Assembly: GCA_030704615.1 (NCBI GenBank) | Contig: CM060731.1 | Coordinates: 37,572,001 to 37,636,000 of the forward strand | DNA: 64,000 bases | Direction: 5' to 3' | Source: Takakia lepidozioides | Lineage: Eukaryota; Plantae; Bryophyta | Shown here: piece after piece, positions 52,254 through 64,000 of the stretch | How positions within the stretch are numbered: the stretch's first letter is position 1 | How the letters are laid out: each line of letters opens with the position of its first letter | Notes under the pieces: model-generated | The model's input: only the letters and a program-made list of their open reading frames with translations | Databases searched by the model: none | What the model was told of the DNA's origin: nothing | Program-made: the position numbers and the translations under genes

Positions 52254-53744
52254 AAAGGTGCAGACAAGTACACAACAAGTAAGCACCTCCAGATGAAGAG
52301 ATCAAATCTCCCTGGACAGAAAGTTGAAACCTCCTTGGCACAGGGGGAGCTGAAAGTCTGTGTGTTGAGACGGCCTGACAACTCTCCTGTCACGAGGAGA
52401 AAGTCTGTGAACATTGTAGACTGGGTACTTGCACTCGTTTCTTTGGCAGTCTAACAAGTAGAACAGCTGCAATGGCGCCGGCAAATTTGTCTCTAAGAAA
52501 CTGTTCAAGATCGTACTTTTCAATCCCATACTCCCGTCAAAAACACATTCTCGGACAGCATTTTGGAGATGAAGTGGTTTAATAGTAACATGGAAGTTGA
52601 CAGGGCTCTGCATTCTGACATGCTGCAAAGCACGGATCTATTTGTATTATACCCACTGTAGTTTACAATCAACATAGAAGAACGTAGCACATTTCACCAC
52701 GAAGCCGGTGCTCACCATCGTGCGGGAGATACTCTGCACACAGCTACAGTTTGTGTCTTCAGTCCAGAGCTGCTACTGCCTCAGTTGTAATTCAGAGCTC
52801 GCTTATGTGAATCGCGCAGGAAAGATCTGTAGTGAGATGCAGTTCTCCTTCCTTTTGCTTTCTCTTGTTCGATTTGGGCGTCTTTGAGCACGTTATAAAG
52901 TATCATTTCATTGCGGCTGCATCATTTTTTAAAGAGCTTGAAAACAGAGGCAGGCCGCAGGACCCACACTTCACGTGGGCAGGATGTAAAGTCTTCGGTA
53001 AGTTATGGCCACATTCAATCGTGGCTGACGCTCATCACGCTCACAAGTATTGGATGTTCTCTCTCGCGAATGCATGCACCGTGGTGGGTCTGGCACATAA
53101 AAAACGCATCCACTCGTGCATGCCTTTGTTTGAGGGTTTTGTCGACTTGGGACCCTCTCAAGTGCATAAGCTCTGCCCACACATTCTGCCAACTTCACCA
53201 TCGTCTCACTACTCCAACCCCTAATCAGCATACAGTCGCAATGTCTCCTACTCTGTGAATTCAGCAATACCCAGGGGGGAAGTCACAACACCCTCGAAGT
53301 CAATGCATAAGTGCAACGTTTTACTGGCCTTCTTTGAGCTCCCCCAATGACTTGCTGGAACTTCTCCATAAAATTCCAGCACTGTGCAGATACTTTATAT
53401 GGAGATAAAGTCTGCCAGTCCAACAGAGACAGACTTCTGAGGGGGGAGATGTCAGGCAACCCAAGCACAGTCTTGACAGCATCTTGTTGGGACACATCGC
53501 ATTTGAGATTTATGATTGCTTCTTGCATTTCAAACTCATAGCTCCCTTTACTCTGAACTCGGATTCCGTGATTCTCATCAGAAGCCTTCTACCAGGGCCA
53601 TGTGTAACACTGATGATCAAGCATGCTACTCTTCCCACCATGTGGAACCTCTTTCACTGGCCTCAAAGTGCGCACACAGGACGAGCTCATCATGGAAAGT
53701 TCGTACTACCATTTATTAGACCCGCAACATGATCATATATACAC

Positions 53745-54165
53745 CAGCGTTTCTATTACTGGCGGATTTTCGCCAAATTTCGACCTCAGAAAAACAAAGG
53801 AATATTCTGTCGAAAATTCCTTTTTTTATAATGGATGAAATCGCCAAATTTCTTCAAAATGAAAAAAAAACTTACGGACGAATTCGTCCAATACGAATGA
53901 TATAAATGGAATTGTGTAAGGAAATGGATGATTCTGTCCTAATTTCAATGGATGAACAGAATGTATGGCTGTTTTTTGCCAAACTTTGTAACCACTCGCG
54001 CTTTTTTTCAAATTCGCGGCACCCAATGCATCCTCAGATGTGCTCGGGCCCACATTGAAACACTGATGTACGTACACAGGACTTTTCTTGAAATTCGGAC
54101 AACCAGGTTATTCTCCGGGTGCTTTTTAACCGCATCCGAACATTCTACAAAAATAGAATCAGACA
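53745..54165. repeat. Dispersed repeat or MITE-like sequence, related copy at about 21081-21142
   Basis: CTGGCG.A.TTTCGC...TTTCGACCTCAGAAA...GAATATTCTGTCG.AAATTC is shared between 53759-53820 and 21081-21142. Confidence 0.5.
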
Positions 54166-56140
54166 AGGAGTTTTGATGATGATGAGAGGAAAAGGGATGC
54201 CAGCAGAAGGTCCATGTGTCCACTGAACATTCACGAAGTATTCCACCTTCAGCAGTCTTATTGGCTCCACCTTAATGCACCCACCCATTCACAAGTTAAG
54301 TAACTTTTGGTCACTCAGACAGCTATGAAACAAAATTTACTAGCAATAGAATATCCAATTGCTGCTGCGAGACTGAGACCCAAGCTCAGTGAGACAAATG
54401 TAGTCACACACTGACCACAGCAGTAAATGACATATACAGGAAAACTCCCACAGATACAACCCCAGGAGACTTCACACCGATAAGCTCTTTCACATAAACT
54501 CAAGTCTTCAGGGCGTAGCCAAAACAGATACTGTGTCTGTAGCTCTTATGGGTGGAATCATTGGTGGACCGCATGATCAACTGATTTTGTGCAGTAGAGC
54601 CTCTCCATAAGATGCAGCAACAAGACCAGAACTATGTGAGACTGCAGAAGCAGAGGAGGGTTCACCACAACAGTTAGTGTGCCAAAGCAGAACTGCCTGA
54701 ATCACACAGATTGTGAGCTGCGGCTGCTTGTTTGAAAGATACTTCCTTTTTTAAGTTGGCCAAAATACGATTGAATAGCACTTCTGATTTACAGGATGAT
54801 GAATGCAGCTATTACTTTGTGCAACCCCACGTACTCCAGCTTGCCATGTTCTATTTATAGATTAAAGTGACATTCGTACAATGATACATTCACATTTTTT
54901 ACATGTGAACTTACTGCCACATACCTTCAAGCACCTTGGAACCCTGAGAAGAAATTGATCCAAGTAACTGGGAAGAGAAGAGATGGACATTTCGTGACTT
55001 CGTGGTAGCAGATTCGAGGCCCATGCAAAGGAGAATACAGAACCCAAGTTTGGCCAGAGTCTCAAGGACTCAACCTACAAAATTCTGCAATCCACCCCAA
55101 CCCATAGCTCAGTATGCAGATTGATCAAGTTTCAAATGACAGATCAAGTTTCTAGGGATAGAACCTGCTCGCGCGTTTATGACATCTGAGTCACATAAAT
55201 GAACATCAATCTCTGTCTCTGAAAGCCATTTCGCCCATCCAAAGCCGCCAACCTGCAGTAACCAAAGAATTATTCTCCATGTAAGAGACTAGTGTGCACT
55301 CATCTCATCTTGAGGAGTAACTGACATTGATTAGTTGTTAGGCAAGTAACAAACTGGTTTTCTGTATTCAAGTGACATCTGCGGTCTTTTTATGTGGTTC
55401 TCTCTATCCCTCTCAATCTCTCCTCGGGCTGCAAGTCTCTCTATCTCTCTATCATTGGAGACACGACTGTGCAGTCCATCGACATCCATGAATAACATCC
55501 GTGGCCAACTTAGGCGCCAAAGCAGCAGTTCAGACATCCACATCACATCAACAGTTAGTGCTATCCAGGTTGCCACTGGTTATGCAAGAATATTAGAAAT
55601 TAGGGCTACTTCCTGACCCCACAATCGGCTCTTGGAGGGTTGATATGCCATGGAGGAAATGCCCTCCACAGTGCGTCAAAGCTACCATTTCCAGGGAACA
55701 GCGAATAAACCAAGAACCTGTATAGCTTTAATGACTCAATCAAGACACTCACACCTTACAAGAAAACCCTCAGTTCATGTATACTCCTCACAATAACAAA
55801 TCCCATCCTGGGAGTGCTGAAAACAGTTTGCATTAGTAGCCGCAAACTGCCGAGGTGTGTGCAATGTAAATGCACTGCACAAGAGTTGCACTTTAAGGAT
55901 CGCATGTTTGAAAAGTTGTATCTCTCCCAACGAGTCATGCAAAATCCAACAGGTGAGCTGTAAACTGTGGAGTAGACACCTCTGTGAACTCAACCTTCCA
56001 TCACGCTTTCAAACCACAAATGAAATCCGCAAGCTGTGCTCAAAATAGCAGGGAAGAAACTACCCCTCAACAACCCCACCGATAACAAAAACAACAAGCT
56101 GCTGCCCCTCGTGATGCAGAGCAAGTGGAGACATACTACT

Positions 56141-56672
56141 CATCTCAGCAGCAGGCGGCGCGAACAAAGAACTGCCTCTCTATCCAGCAAAACATGCGAG
56201 ATTCATCTCAGCTGCAGCGTGAACGAAGATCTGCCTCTCTATCCAGCAAAACATGCGAGATTCATCTCAGCTGCAGCGTGAACCAAGATCTGCCTCACTA
56301 TCCAGCAAAACATGCGAGATTCATCTCAGCTGCAGCGGGAACGAAGATCTGCCTCTCTATCCAGAAAACCATGCGAGATTCATCTCCGCTGCAGCGCGAA
56401 CCAAGATCTGCCTCTCTATCCAGCAAAACATGAGAGATTCATCTCAGCTGCAGCGTGAACCAAGATCTGCCTCTCTATCCAGCAAAACATGCGAGATTCA
56501 TCTCAGCTGCAGCGTGAACCTAGATCTGCCTCACTATCGAGCAAAACGTGCGAGATTAGGATTGAAGAGATAAAAGAAGCCAAATCGATGGAGAAGAGAC
56601 GGCTTTGCACAGAAACATCTCAGCTGCAGTGTGAACGAAGATCAGCCGCATTATCGAGCAAACCTGCGAGAT
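56141..56672. repeat. 59-bp minisatellite, about 7 tandem units plus one detached unit
   Basis: Unit CATCTCAGCTGCAGCGTGAACCAAGATCTGCCTCTCTATCCAGCAAAACATGCGAGATT starts at 56141, 56204, 56263, 56322, 56381, 56440 and 56499. A diverged unit is at about 56617. Confidence 0.95.
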
Positions 56673-57664
56673 CCGAATAACCCTAAGGTTTGAAGATTTG
56701 AAGATTATTTGCTCAGCGTGCGAGACGTGGAAGACCTAAATGGACGGAGGAAAGAATGATGCGACGAAATATGCTAACGTTCGTCCGATCGGACGAGCGA
56801 GCAGTCAGATGAACGTGGGAGGTCAACAGGGGTTGGTAGAGTGAGGGCGTACTTTACGCGTGTCATCGTCATCCGTCGCCGTCTTTGCTTTTTGTCAGGT
56901 CCCGTCGTGGGGGGTCCACGTCACCAGTTGTTGGGGTCCACGTCAGTAGGGATATTATGAGGGCCGGCGGATCGGCGCGGGGTTTCGAGCCCGGGACGTG
57001 GGGGAGCAGTAGGAAGAAGACGAAGGGGGTAAAAGGGCGATGGCGAGGCGGAGAGGGAGGGTGGGGTCCCTACTGTGCGGGGACTGGGGGCCGCTCCATT
57101 ATAAACCTGTACATCACTGGTCCATGTGTGCCTTCATGGCGGCGGCAAGCTGATTATAGAATGGAGGAGTAGGAGGAGGAGGAGGGGGGATTACGTGCTT
57201 GTCTCGGTACATGATAAGTAATCTGATTCCTTCATCAAGGGGGGGAGGGAATGGGAGGAAATAGGTATCGGGTATCGACGGCATATGTGACAGATCGCGC
57301 TGGTACATCGGCAGAGGTGTTGAGTGTATGCGAGGCACAGTAAAGGAGGGGAGGGGTGGGGTGTGCACGGGGAGTGCATCGTTTGGCGTGCTGTCTTGCA
57401 TCGAGGGACAGAATATGTTCGTGGCTGGCGGTGGCTGTGACAGTTTGTCTTCTCCGGTGTTGTTCTCTTGTTCTTGACTGGGGATGTGCCGGGACGGTGT
57501 GTCTGCCGGGCTAGTTTGTGTGAGGCCCTATTTTGGCCGAAGGTAAAAATTGCGTGAATTCTCGTCCCCCTGTATTTCTGAGGAGTGGTTCGATTTTCTT
57601 TGCATTTGATCTCTTCGGTTTTAGCGAGGACGAATAACTGCAGTGTTGGATTCCAGTTTGCGGG

Positions 57665-57667
<3 letters not shown>

Positions 57668-57700
<33 letters not shown>
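57668..57700 (+). repeat. (CT)n microsatellite in the probable 5' leader of the RING gene
   Basis: Direct reading. Confidence 0.9.
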
Positions 57701-57703
<3 letters not shown>

Positions 57704-59485
57704 GTGCCGGGTTCGTCTATTTGTGATTGCTTGTGTTGGTGCATGACGAGACGATCGTAGAGGACAGGGTAGGCTCATAGCCTTTTGAGAGAGGGAGGCA
57801 GAGGAGGCCAGAAGAAGATAACCTAGAGGCTTTGACGGTCAAGGACAGAACACGTAAGTGACGGGAGAGGTGAATTATTGGAAAGTAGAACCAGGCAATG
57901 CGCGTGGGAACAAGTCCTCTCTGCTCGAAGCCTCCTGGGTTCGTAGTTGGTCAGTGAGTTACATATATGGATCCGCAATCTGAATATGCTAGTGTCAAGG
58001 AAGCCAGACACACTGTTGGCTGGCAAGAATTTGTTCCAGAACTTACTATTTTCAAAAGAAGATGATACTCGCTCATGACAGTCTTGTTGACCAGCCGGCA
58101 GACTGGTGCAGTTCGAAGTGTATATGTTACATGCCACATACTATATTTGCTACCACGAGATGGGAAAAGGGTGTGTTCAGAGGGAAAAGTGCTTGTGGAT
58201 GTAAACAGAGATAGAAATTGCTGTTTGAATGCTCCCCATTTTTCCGCACTTGCTGAAGAGAGTTTGTTTTTAATCATTTCACGCACTGTGATTCTTACTA
58301 CCAGATGAGGAGGATGGGAAGTATAGATGGTGCTTTGCACGGGCAGGCTTGAAAGTGAACATAGAAGAAACTGCTTTTTGAATTCAAGTGTCTGGCAAGT
58401 TATTGCACAAATTGTGGGAGAGGTTTATTTTAGGTGGGGAGTGTGGGCACAATTTGTTTCATAGAAGTGGAGTCTACAGTGATTTCCACGTGTGAGATGT
58501 GATTTCTGCACATGCAAGACAAAGAGATAGAGTAGAAGGTTAATTTGGTGTCATAATCAGTGTCTGGGAGTTTACGGTACTTTTCTGCAAGATCCAAAAA
58601 GTATTTCTGATGGCCAGTTGCATGATTTTTTGAGCAGCCTGTTCAGAAATGTCCTGCATCATAGTCCTTTTACTATTCTTGATGTAAGGTGTCAGGTTCT
58701 TGGAAAGATTGCCTATGGGATCTGTTGCTCAGGTTCTTGGTAATGTGCAGTGGGGTGTTTCTTCTGTGCCTACCCAGCTGAATTGTTCAAGTCCTCTGAA
58801 AGTGTTTGTCATTTTGTCCACAGGAACTGCAAAGCGTTTCAGACGAATGCATGGAAGTTATTCAGTTCCAGCATCACATGTGGAAAGGACCTTCTGTTGT
58901 ACTTGGACTTCACTCCGAGTGTTCAGTGGGGACAACTATGTCTGGAACAGGCTCAGATGTTTAGTGCTCCCTGCAATTAAAGTTACTTTCTCTCCCCATC
59001 GGAAAATGCATGAATGGTCATTTTGTCGCGCCCAATCAAATTGTAAGCTTGGCAAGACTACCAAAGCTCTTTGATCAATTTCAACGAAGGGGGGGTTTTG
59101 TTCTGAAAAAGAATACAATTCGAAGGCTGATCATCAAGACCCAGCAGTCTTACACATTTGCTCCGCACTGCAATTAAAGAGACTCGCAAACTGATACAGT
59201 ACGAATTCTGTTTTATTGGTCTTTGTATGCTTGCAAAGGAGCACATTTGAAGGCTATGGAGAGGGCAGGTGGCTCTTTTGCAAGGTGAAGCATTATGCAA
59301 GTAATATTGACAAGGAGTTTACTTCTGAACTACTTGAGGTGCAGTTTCCCCAGTGAAAGCTAGGATGGGATTAAGTGCGGCAAAGTGAAATTAGGGCCGA
59401 GGTCCAGTGCAAGCTGGGAAAAGCTTGCCAGGAAGGTTGTTTTGCGGTGAGAGAGGAAGATAGACGGCATACATAAGCTGTCAAG

Positions 59486-62400
59486 ACGGGGGCCCTCTGC
59501 TGTGTGGCCGCAAGGCCACGCGGGTCCACTGTGAGCAATGATGGCTGGTCAACAGGACCGCATGAGCCCCACTGGCGCAGCAACAGTGGCTTTTCGCCCC
59601 CCCTCTCCAGTAATGGTTGGGAAAACAAAGCCCAGCCTGCAGATCTGGCCACCACGTCTCATACATATCAGTTGCATCGAACATCCTTGTCATCGAGCAG
59701 TAGAGGAAGTAGAAGTGGGAGTAGGGTGGGCAGTGCACGTTTTGTAGGCCACCAACATACCCCGTCTGGGAGCTTGTTCTCTCATGGTGGCAGTCCTTCT
59801 GATAGTTTTTGTACTAATGCGTGGAATCCGTTGGCATCCTCCAGTGGTTGCATCGGGGATTTCATCGCAGCTGCCTCAGGTATGAGAACTCCCTTGGTCA
59901 AGTAATGGCCTCATTGACAATCCCCTGTGAACTTTGGCTGTGACCCACTATCCAGGGCATAGTACCTGCTGCCCAAAGCTGGTAGTGGGTTTAGAGGAAG
60001 AAAGTAAGAAAAAGAGAATTATGATGAGCATGGGTGGCTCAGAGTCCCTAAGGACACAGTAGATTAACAAGAGAGAAGAGGTGGAGTAGCACAAAAACAT
60101 TTAAGATGTGCGAATGTATGGTGTATATGTACGTAGTGGAACACATGATGATTGTTTGCTAACATACACTGGTCAAAACACCAACAGCCTGGCTGGCAGG
60201 GTGAGCAGCAACTTGCATGCTAGAGACCATCATGCAGGAGTTGCTTGATTGCGAAATTCAAGTACTGGGGACTCTTAGCTCAAGAGGTGGGATGAACCGC
60301 AGATATAGTTGACCTTGTTTACTGACCTGCTTGCTATGGGTGTGTTTTTCTACTGACTGCAGATTCAACAGCGAGCCCTTCAATTACCATAAGTTCTTCC
60401 AAAGAGGTTAATATCTGTGCTTCTCTCCCTCCTCTCTCACTCCTCTTGGTCTTCCTGGATGCAATAAAATTTTGTTTCCTTCCCTCCTCTCTCTGTCTGT
60501 TTCTTCAGGCTACGGCAAACAACGTCTTATGAGTACATTCTGTCTGTTTCTTCAGTCTCCTTCCACGTCGAGGGTACATCTAAATGAACAGTGTCCTTAA
60601 GGACACCAGATAGGATTATTGTTGCTGATTTGGCATTGCCTGTAGCTTGCCCACGTCAACCGCAGGATGCCCAAGAACCCCACAGTTCAAGTTAGCATTT
60701 TCTACTGCAGCTCAGTCAAATGAGCTCTGTAGTGTGCATGGGTTTGCAACCTGCTCTTTCTGCGCAGTCGGTCTTTATGTCGTCTGTTCCCAAGTAATAT
60801 AAAGGGGTTCTGCTTTCTCTTCCATCGGTAGATGTCTGCTTTTGTTGACCTCCAAATAGATTGAAGCATCAATTATCCTCAATCTTAACTAGGACCCTCA
60901 CCATAAAAAAGTTAGCTCTAAGTCCATTTTGTAGTGACATCTAATTCCAGTGGTCTGGTTTTGCAGGGCTGTTTATCGGCCAGTCTGTCTACACTTTCCA
61001 ATACCCCGGAGTCCACACCCTCATACCCCACTGTAGAGGATTTCTCACTGGCTTCTCCAGCAGGTGCAATCCAACCTTCACCTTCTCCGTGCCACCTTAC
61101 AGGCAACTACTCATTTGTGTCCAAGCCTGCTTTCTCAGCTCCCAGTCACCCTCTCACAAGGCAGAAATCTGACAGTCGAATTCATACAGTGGGAACCAGT
61201 CGGACGCCAATCTTCGAGGGGAGGAGGTCCTTTCATTGGTCTGGGAGTAGTGGAGATTCCAGTGTGGGGGGTACCTCTGACTGGTGGTCAATGCAGACTT
61301 TCTCTGAACTGGTTGCCTCCTCGCGTCGGGAACGATTGCGGTGGACAAGTGCAAGTAGTCCATCTGATTTTGGCTGGAGTTCAGCTCGTGAGGGTATGGA
61401 GAGGGCTGCAGGCTTGCTGGCTTTGGAGAGGATTAGGGCGGGGAGCTCCCAGGCTGCCACCACCTCTGCCAGATTTGAGGTACTCCGTTTACCCCTATGA
61501 GGCCAAACCCACGTCCATAGCAGCACAAACTTGGCTTTAGGCAGCATTTAGGTTTTGATCCATTGTAATCAGGTGTCACACCAGTAAGACCAACCACATA
61601 GGCAACTTTCCAGCCTTATTTTGAACGTGACAGTGTTGGGCCCTTCTTCAGATTGTAGTGGATTGTTATTGATCATGTGGCCGGTTTGAAGACTTGTTCA
61701 CCTGACCCTCCATACTGGGGTAAGCACATACCACATGCACCGAGGATTATGGCTGGGTTTTGCAACACAGACTGACTCAGATGCTTTGGTTGGAAAATTC
61801 CATAGTATGCCAATTGTTGCCTCCTCAATTCTCATACAGAAGCTGATGGTTGCGGGAATTGATACACGCTAGTTCATCCTTTGTATTTGTTTTCAGAAGC
61901 ACCACACTCAAAGAAAATGATCTTGTGGATTTTAGCCATGTTAGATAACACTGTAATACTTTTCATGGTCTGCAAACTATGTCTGCATCAGTTTTGAGAA
62001 TTTTGAGAATGTCTTCTATCTTCATCTCTGTGTACTTGTGTCACTAGTACATTCTTCCCCTTGCAGTTTGGATGGTTGAGCTGGGTCACCAGAGCATTGT
62101 ACATCACCTCCAGTGGGAGAGTCGGATTTAGCGGTCTAGTTCCAGTGACCTCCTCCCCCATTCCTCCTCACTGCCAAAGACAAAAACAAGCTGACTGGGT
62201 GAATTACCTCGTTCTTCAAGGGATGACTTTAAAGGATGACTGGATTGTAGCTGCAAAGGTGCCCATTTACTCGATCTGACAACAAGCAGTGGTCGCTGAG
62301 TGGGCATTGGAGTGACATGTATGTATTGTCAGGGAGATCCCGAATGTCTGCTGTGCTTCTTTGTCGACATGTCCTCTCAACACAGTACTCCAGATTTTCC

Positions 62401-63091
62401 TTTCATTGATTTTAACGTTGCACTTCAAACCTTGCAGATTTGTGGTGTGTGTTCTCGGTCACTGACACAACGATCACCCTGGAGCTCCACACGAATGATC
62501 GGCAGTGCCGATTGCAGTGTGGTGGGAGTCCTGGTTTGTGGCCATGTGTACCATGCCGAGTGCCTTGAACAAGCTACACCAGAATCCCTTAGGCAAGACC
62601 CTCCCTGTCCACAGTGTGGGGCCTCTGAAAGGGCTGCAAAGGTTGTGAACACCCTGGAGTCTGTAACCCTTACAAAAGGAGGGGCAAGAGGGAACGGTTC
62701 CCTGGCTCCTACAAGCTCTAGAAACAAGCTTTCTAGAATTGGAGTTGTGAACGATGACATGTCTGGGCCTGAGTTCTGTTTTCCAGGGGCAGGGCTGCAA
62801 GTGAGTGTGAAAGGGGTTCAGCTATGTGAGGGAGAAAAGCCGAGGGCACAGCTACCCCCCTCTCCAGCTCCCTCTCACAGTGAGCGACTATTTTTAAGTA
62901 AATCTCTATCACGAAAGCAGTTCTCTTTCAGGAATCGGTCAATAAGGGAATCCAACAGTGGTACTGGGTGGAAAAAACCGAGTTCTCCTGTACGCGTGTC
63001 TCCAGACAACTCTTCTGTGGAAGATTCCACATCTCAACCTCCATCAAAGAAAGGCAAGTCAAGCTCTTTCAGATTATTGAAAAAGCGCTAA
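59486..63091 (+). CDS. RING-H2 finger protein (MGxxCCVAAR / HEPxWR family), predicted ACG start
   Basis: Exons 59486-59879, 60363-60406, a possible microexon 60556-60573, 60967-61479 and 62438-63091. Motifs: (M)GALCCVAARP, GPHEPHWRSNSGFSPP, DWWSMQTFSELVASSRRER, and the RING CGVC...VVGVLVCGHVYHAECLEQATPE...DPPCPQC. Confidence 0.85.
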
Positions 63092-64000
63092 GCATTGGAC
63101 CCCTCTCGGTGTATATGCAAAGGACTAGCAGCAATGTATAATCTGTGAAGAGTTGGTTGCTGGGAGTACTTTCACTGCAGGTTTGGCATTCTGCTTGGAC
63201 GGGCGTTGGACCTCATGTTGGATACTCGGGTCTGTAGGATTGTAACACGCGTTGTGTCTACACTGGTTCGGCTGTTGGAATTTCTGGAGGAGAGGTGCCC
63301 AATGTTGACCCAGCAAGCATTTTGGCAGCCGAAAGTCCCAGCAGAGGAATGTCTGAGAAAGGGAGAGAAATGGGGAGAGGTTCTTGTTCGAAGCTAATTT
63401 TCTTTCTTATATGTATCAAGGAGTGTTCTTTGCTTGGCACAGCATCCTCAGGGTCATATTACGAATATACCCATTTCAAAAGTCTTGGGTTAGTCCCTTT
63501 TACCGGTAAACTTCTAGGTTGAAGTGTTTGCCGCCCCTAATTAACCAGCCATTTAACTGCTGGTGAATGTGTGAACTGGACCTGATGCTTGTGTACTATT
63601 CCTTGGGTCCCAAACCCAGGTGGTAGCAGGCGACGACTAATGCTCTCACATGTCGTGGTGTGCTAGAAAATCGCAGCAACAGAGTTGATTCTTCTTCCTG
63701 TGGATACCTGGAACACTGAGGCACTCCATTTTTAGGGTCATAGAATCTCCTAGTAGATAAACTGACGGGCAGCATTTCTGGGCCTTAAGATAGGCCTATA
63801 ACAATTTTGAGTGCTCTTGTAAGCCTTACATAGAATAGGCGAAATAAATTTTGGCACTCAAAACAGAAGAAAAAGATGGGGGTCAAACTTGCCACCAGGA
63901 AGACCACCATTCTTTCATATTTCCTCTGTAAGTACTGACTCTGACCAAGCAGACTCGACTGTATCATATACTCTTTACCTTGTAAATTTCATCTTGCAGC

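Noticed and set aside
56141-56560. CRISPR-like array or repeat-protein ORFs
   Set aside because: The units are contiguous with no unique spacers. The 59-bp period is not a multiple of 3, so the ORFs simply cycle through frames. The context is eukaryotic with no cas genes.
41535-59490. The neighbouring PPR-DYW as the editor of the RING gene's ACG codon
   Set aside because: The PPR gene is disrupted, natural PPR-DYW editing is organellar, and the sequence shows no link between the two loci.

Overview
Eukaryotic nuclear DNA from a land plant. It is most likely a non-seed plant or bryophyte: this is inferred from spliceosomal introns, a regular PLS-type PPR-DYW gene, and a hydrolase-NB-ARC-LRR locus with LxxLxLxxCxxLxxLP repeats. 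Apparently intact genes are the 3' part of an EF-hand Na+/Ca2+ exchanger-like gene (NCL, +, 497-3976), a divergent single-exon SPC12/SPCS1 gene (+, 12111-12500), a 10-exon ATG11 (-, 19207-13716) and a RING-H2 gene (+, 59486-63091). The RING gene's conserved MGxxCCVAAR N-terminus starts at ACG rather than ATG. The middle of the window is TE-rich: a decayed L1 LINE split by nested LTR-like, RT and CACTA-like pieces, tRNA-derived SINEs, MITEs, a foldback array and a relic of an unusual DDE integrase. At 41.5-53.2 kb (-), a frameshifted PPR-DYW pseudogene lies directly downstream of three tandem, progressively truncated copies of an alpha/beta-hydrolase NLR (HNL). A 59-bp minisatellite sits at 56.1-56.6 kb. 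Best leads: the non-AUG start of the RING gene, the HNL cluster and its junction with the PPR gene, and the integrase relic.
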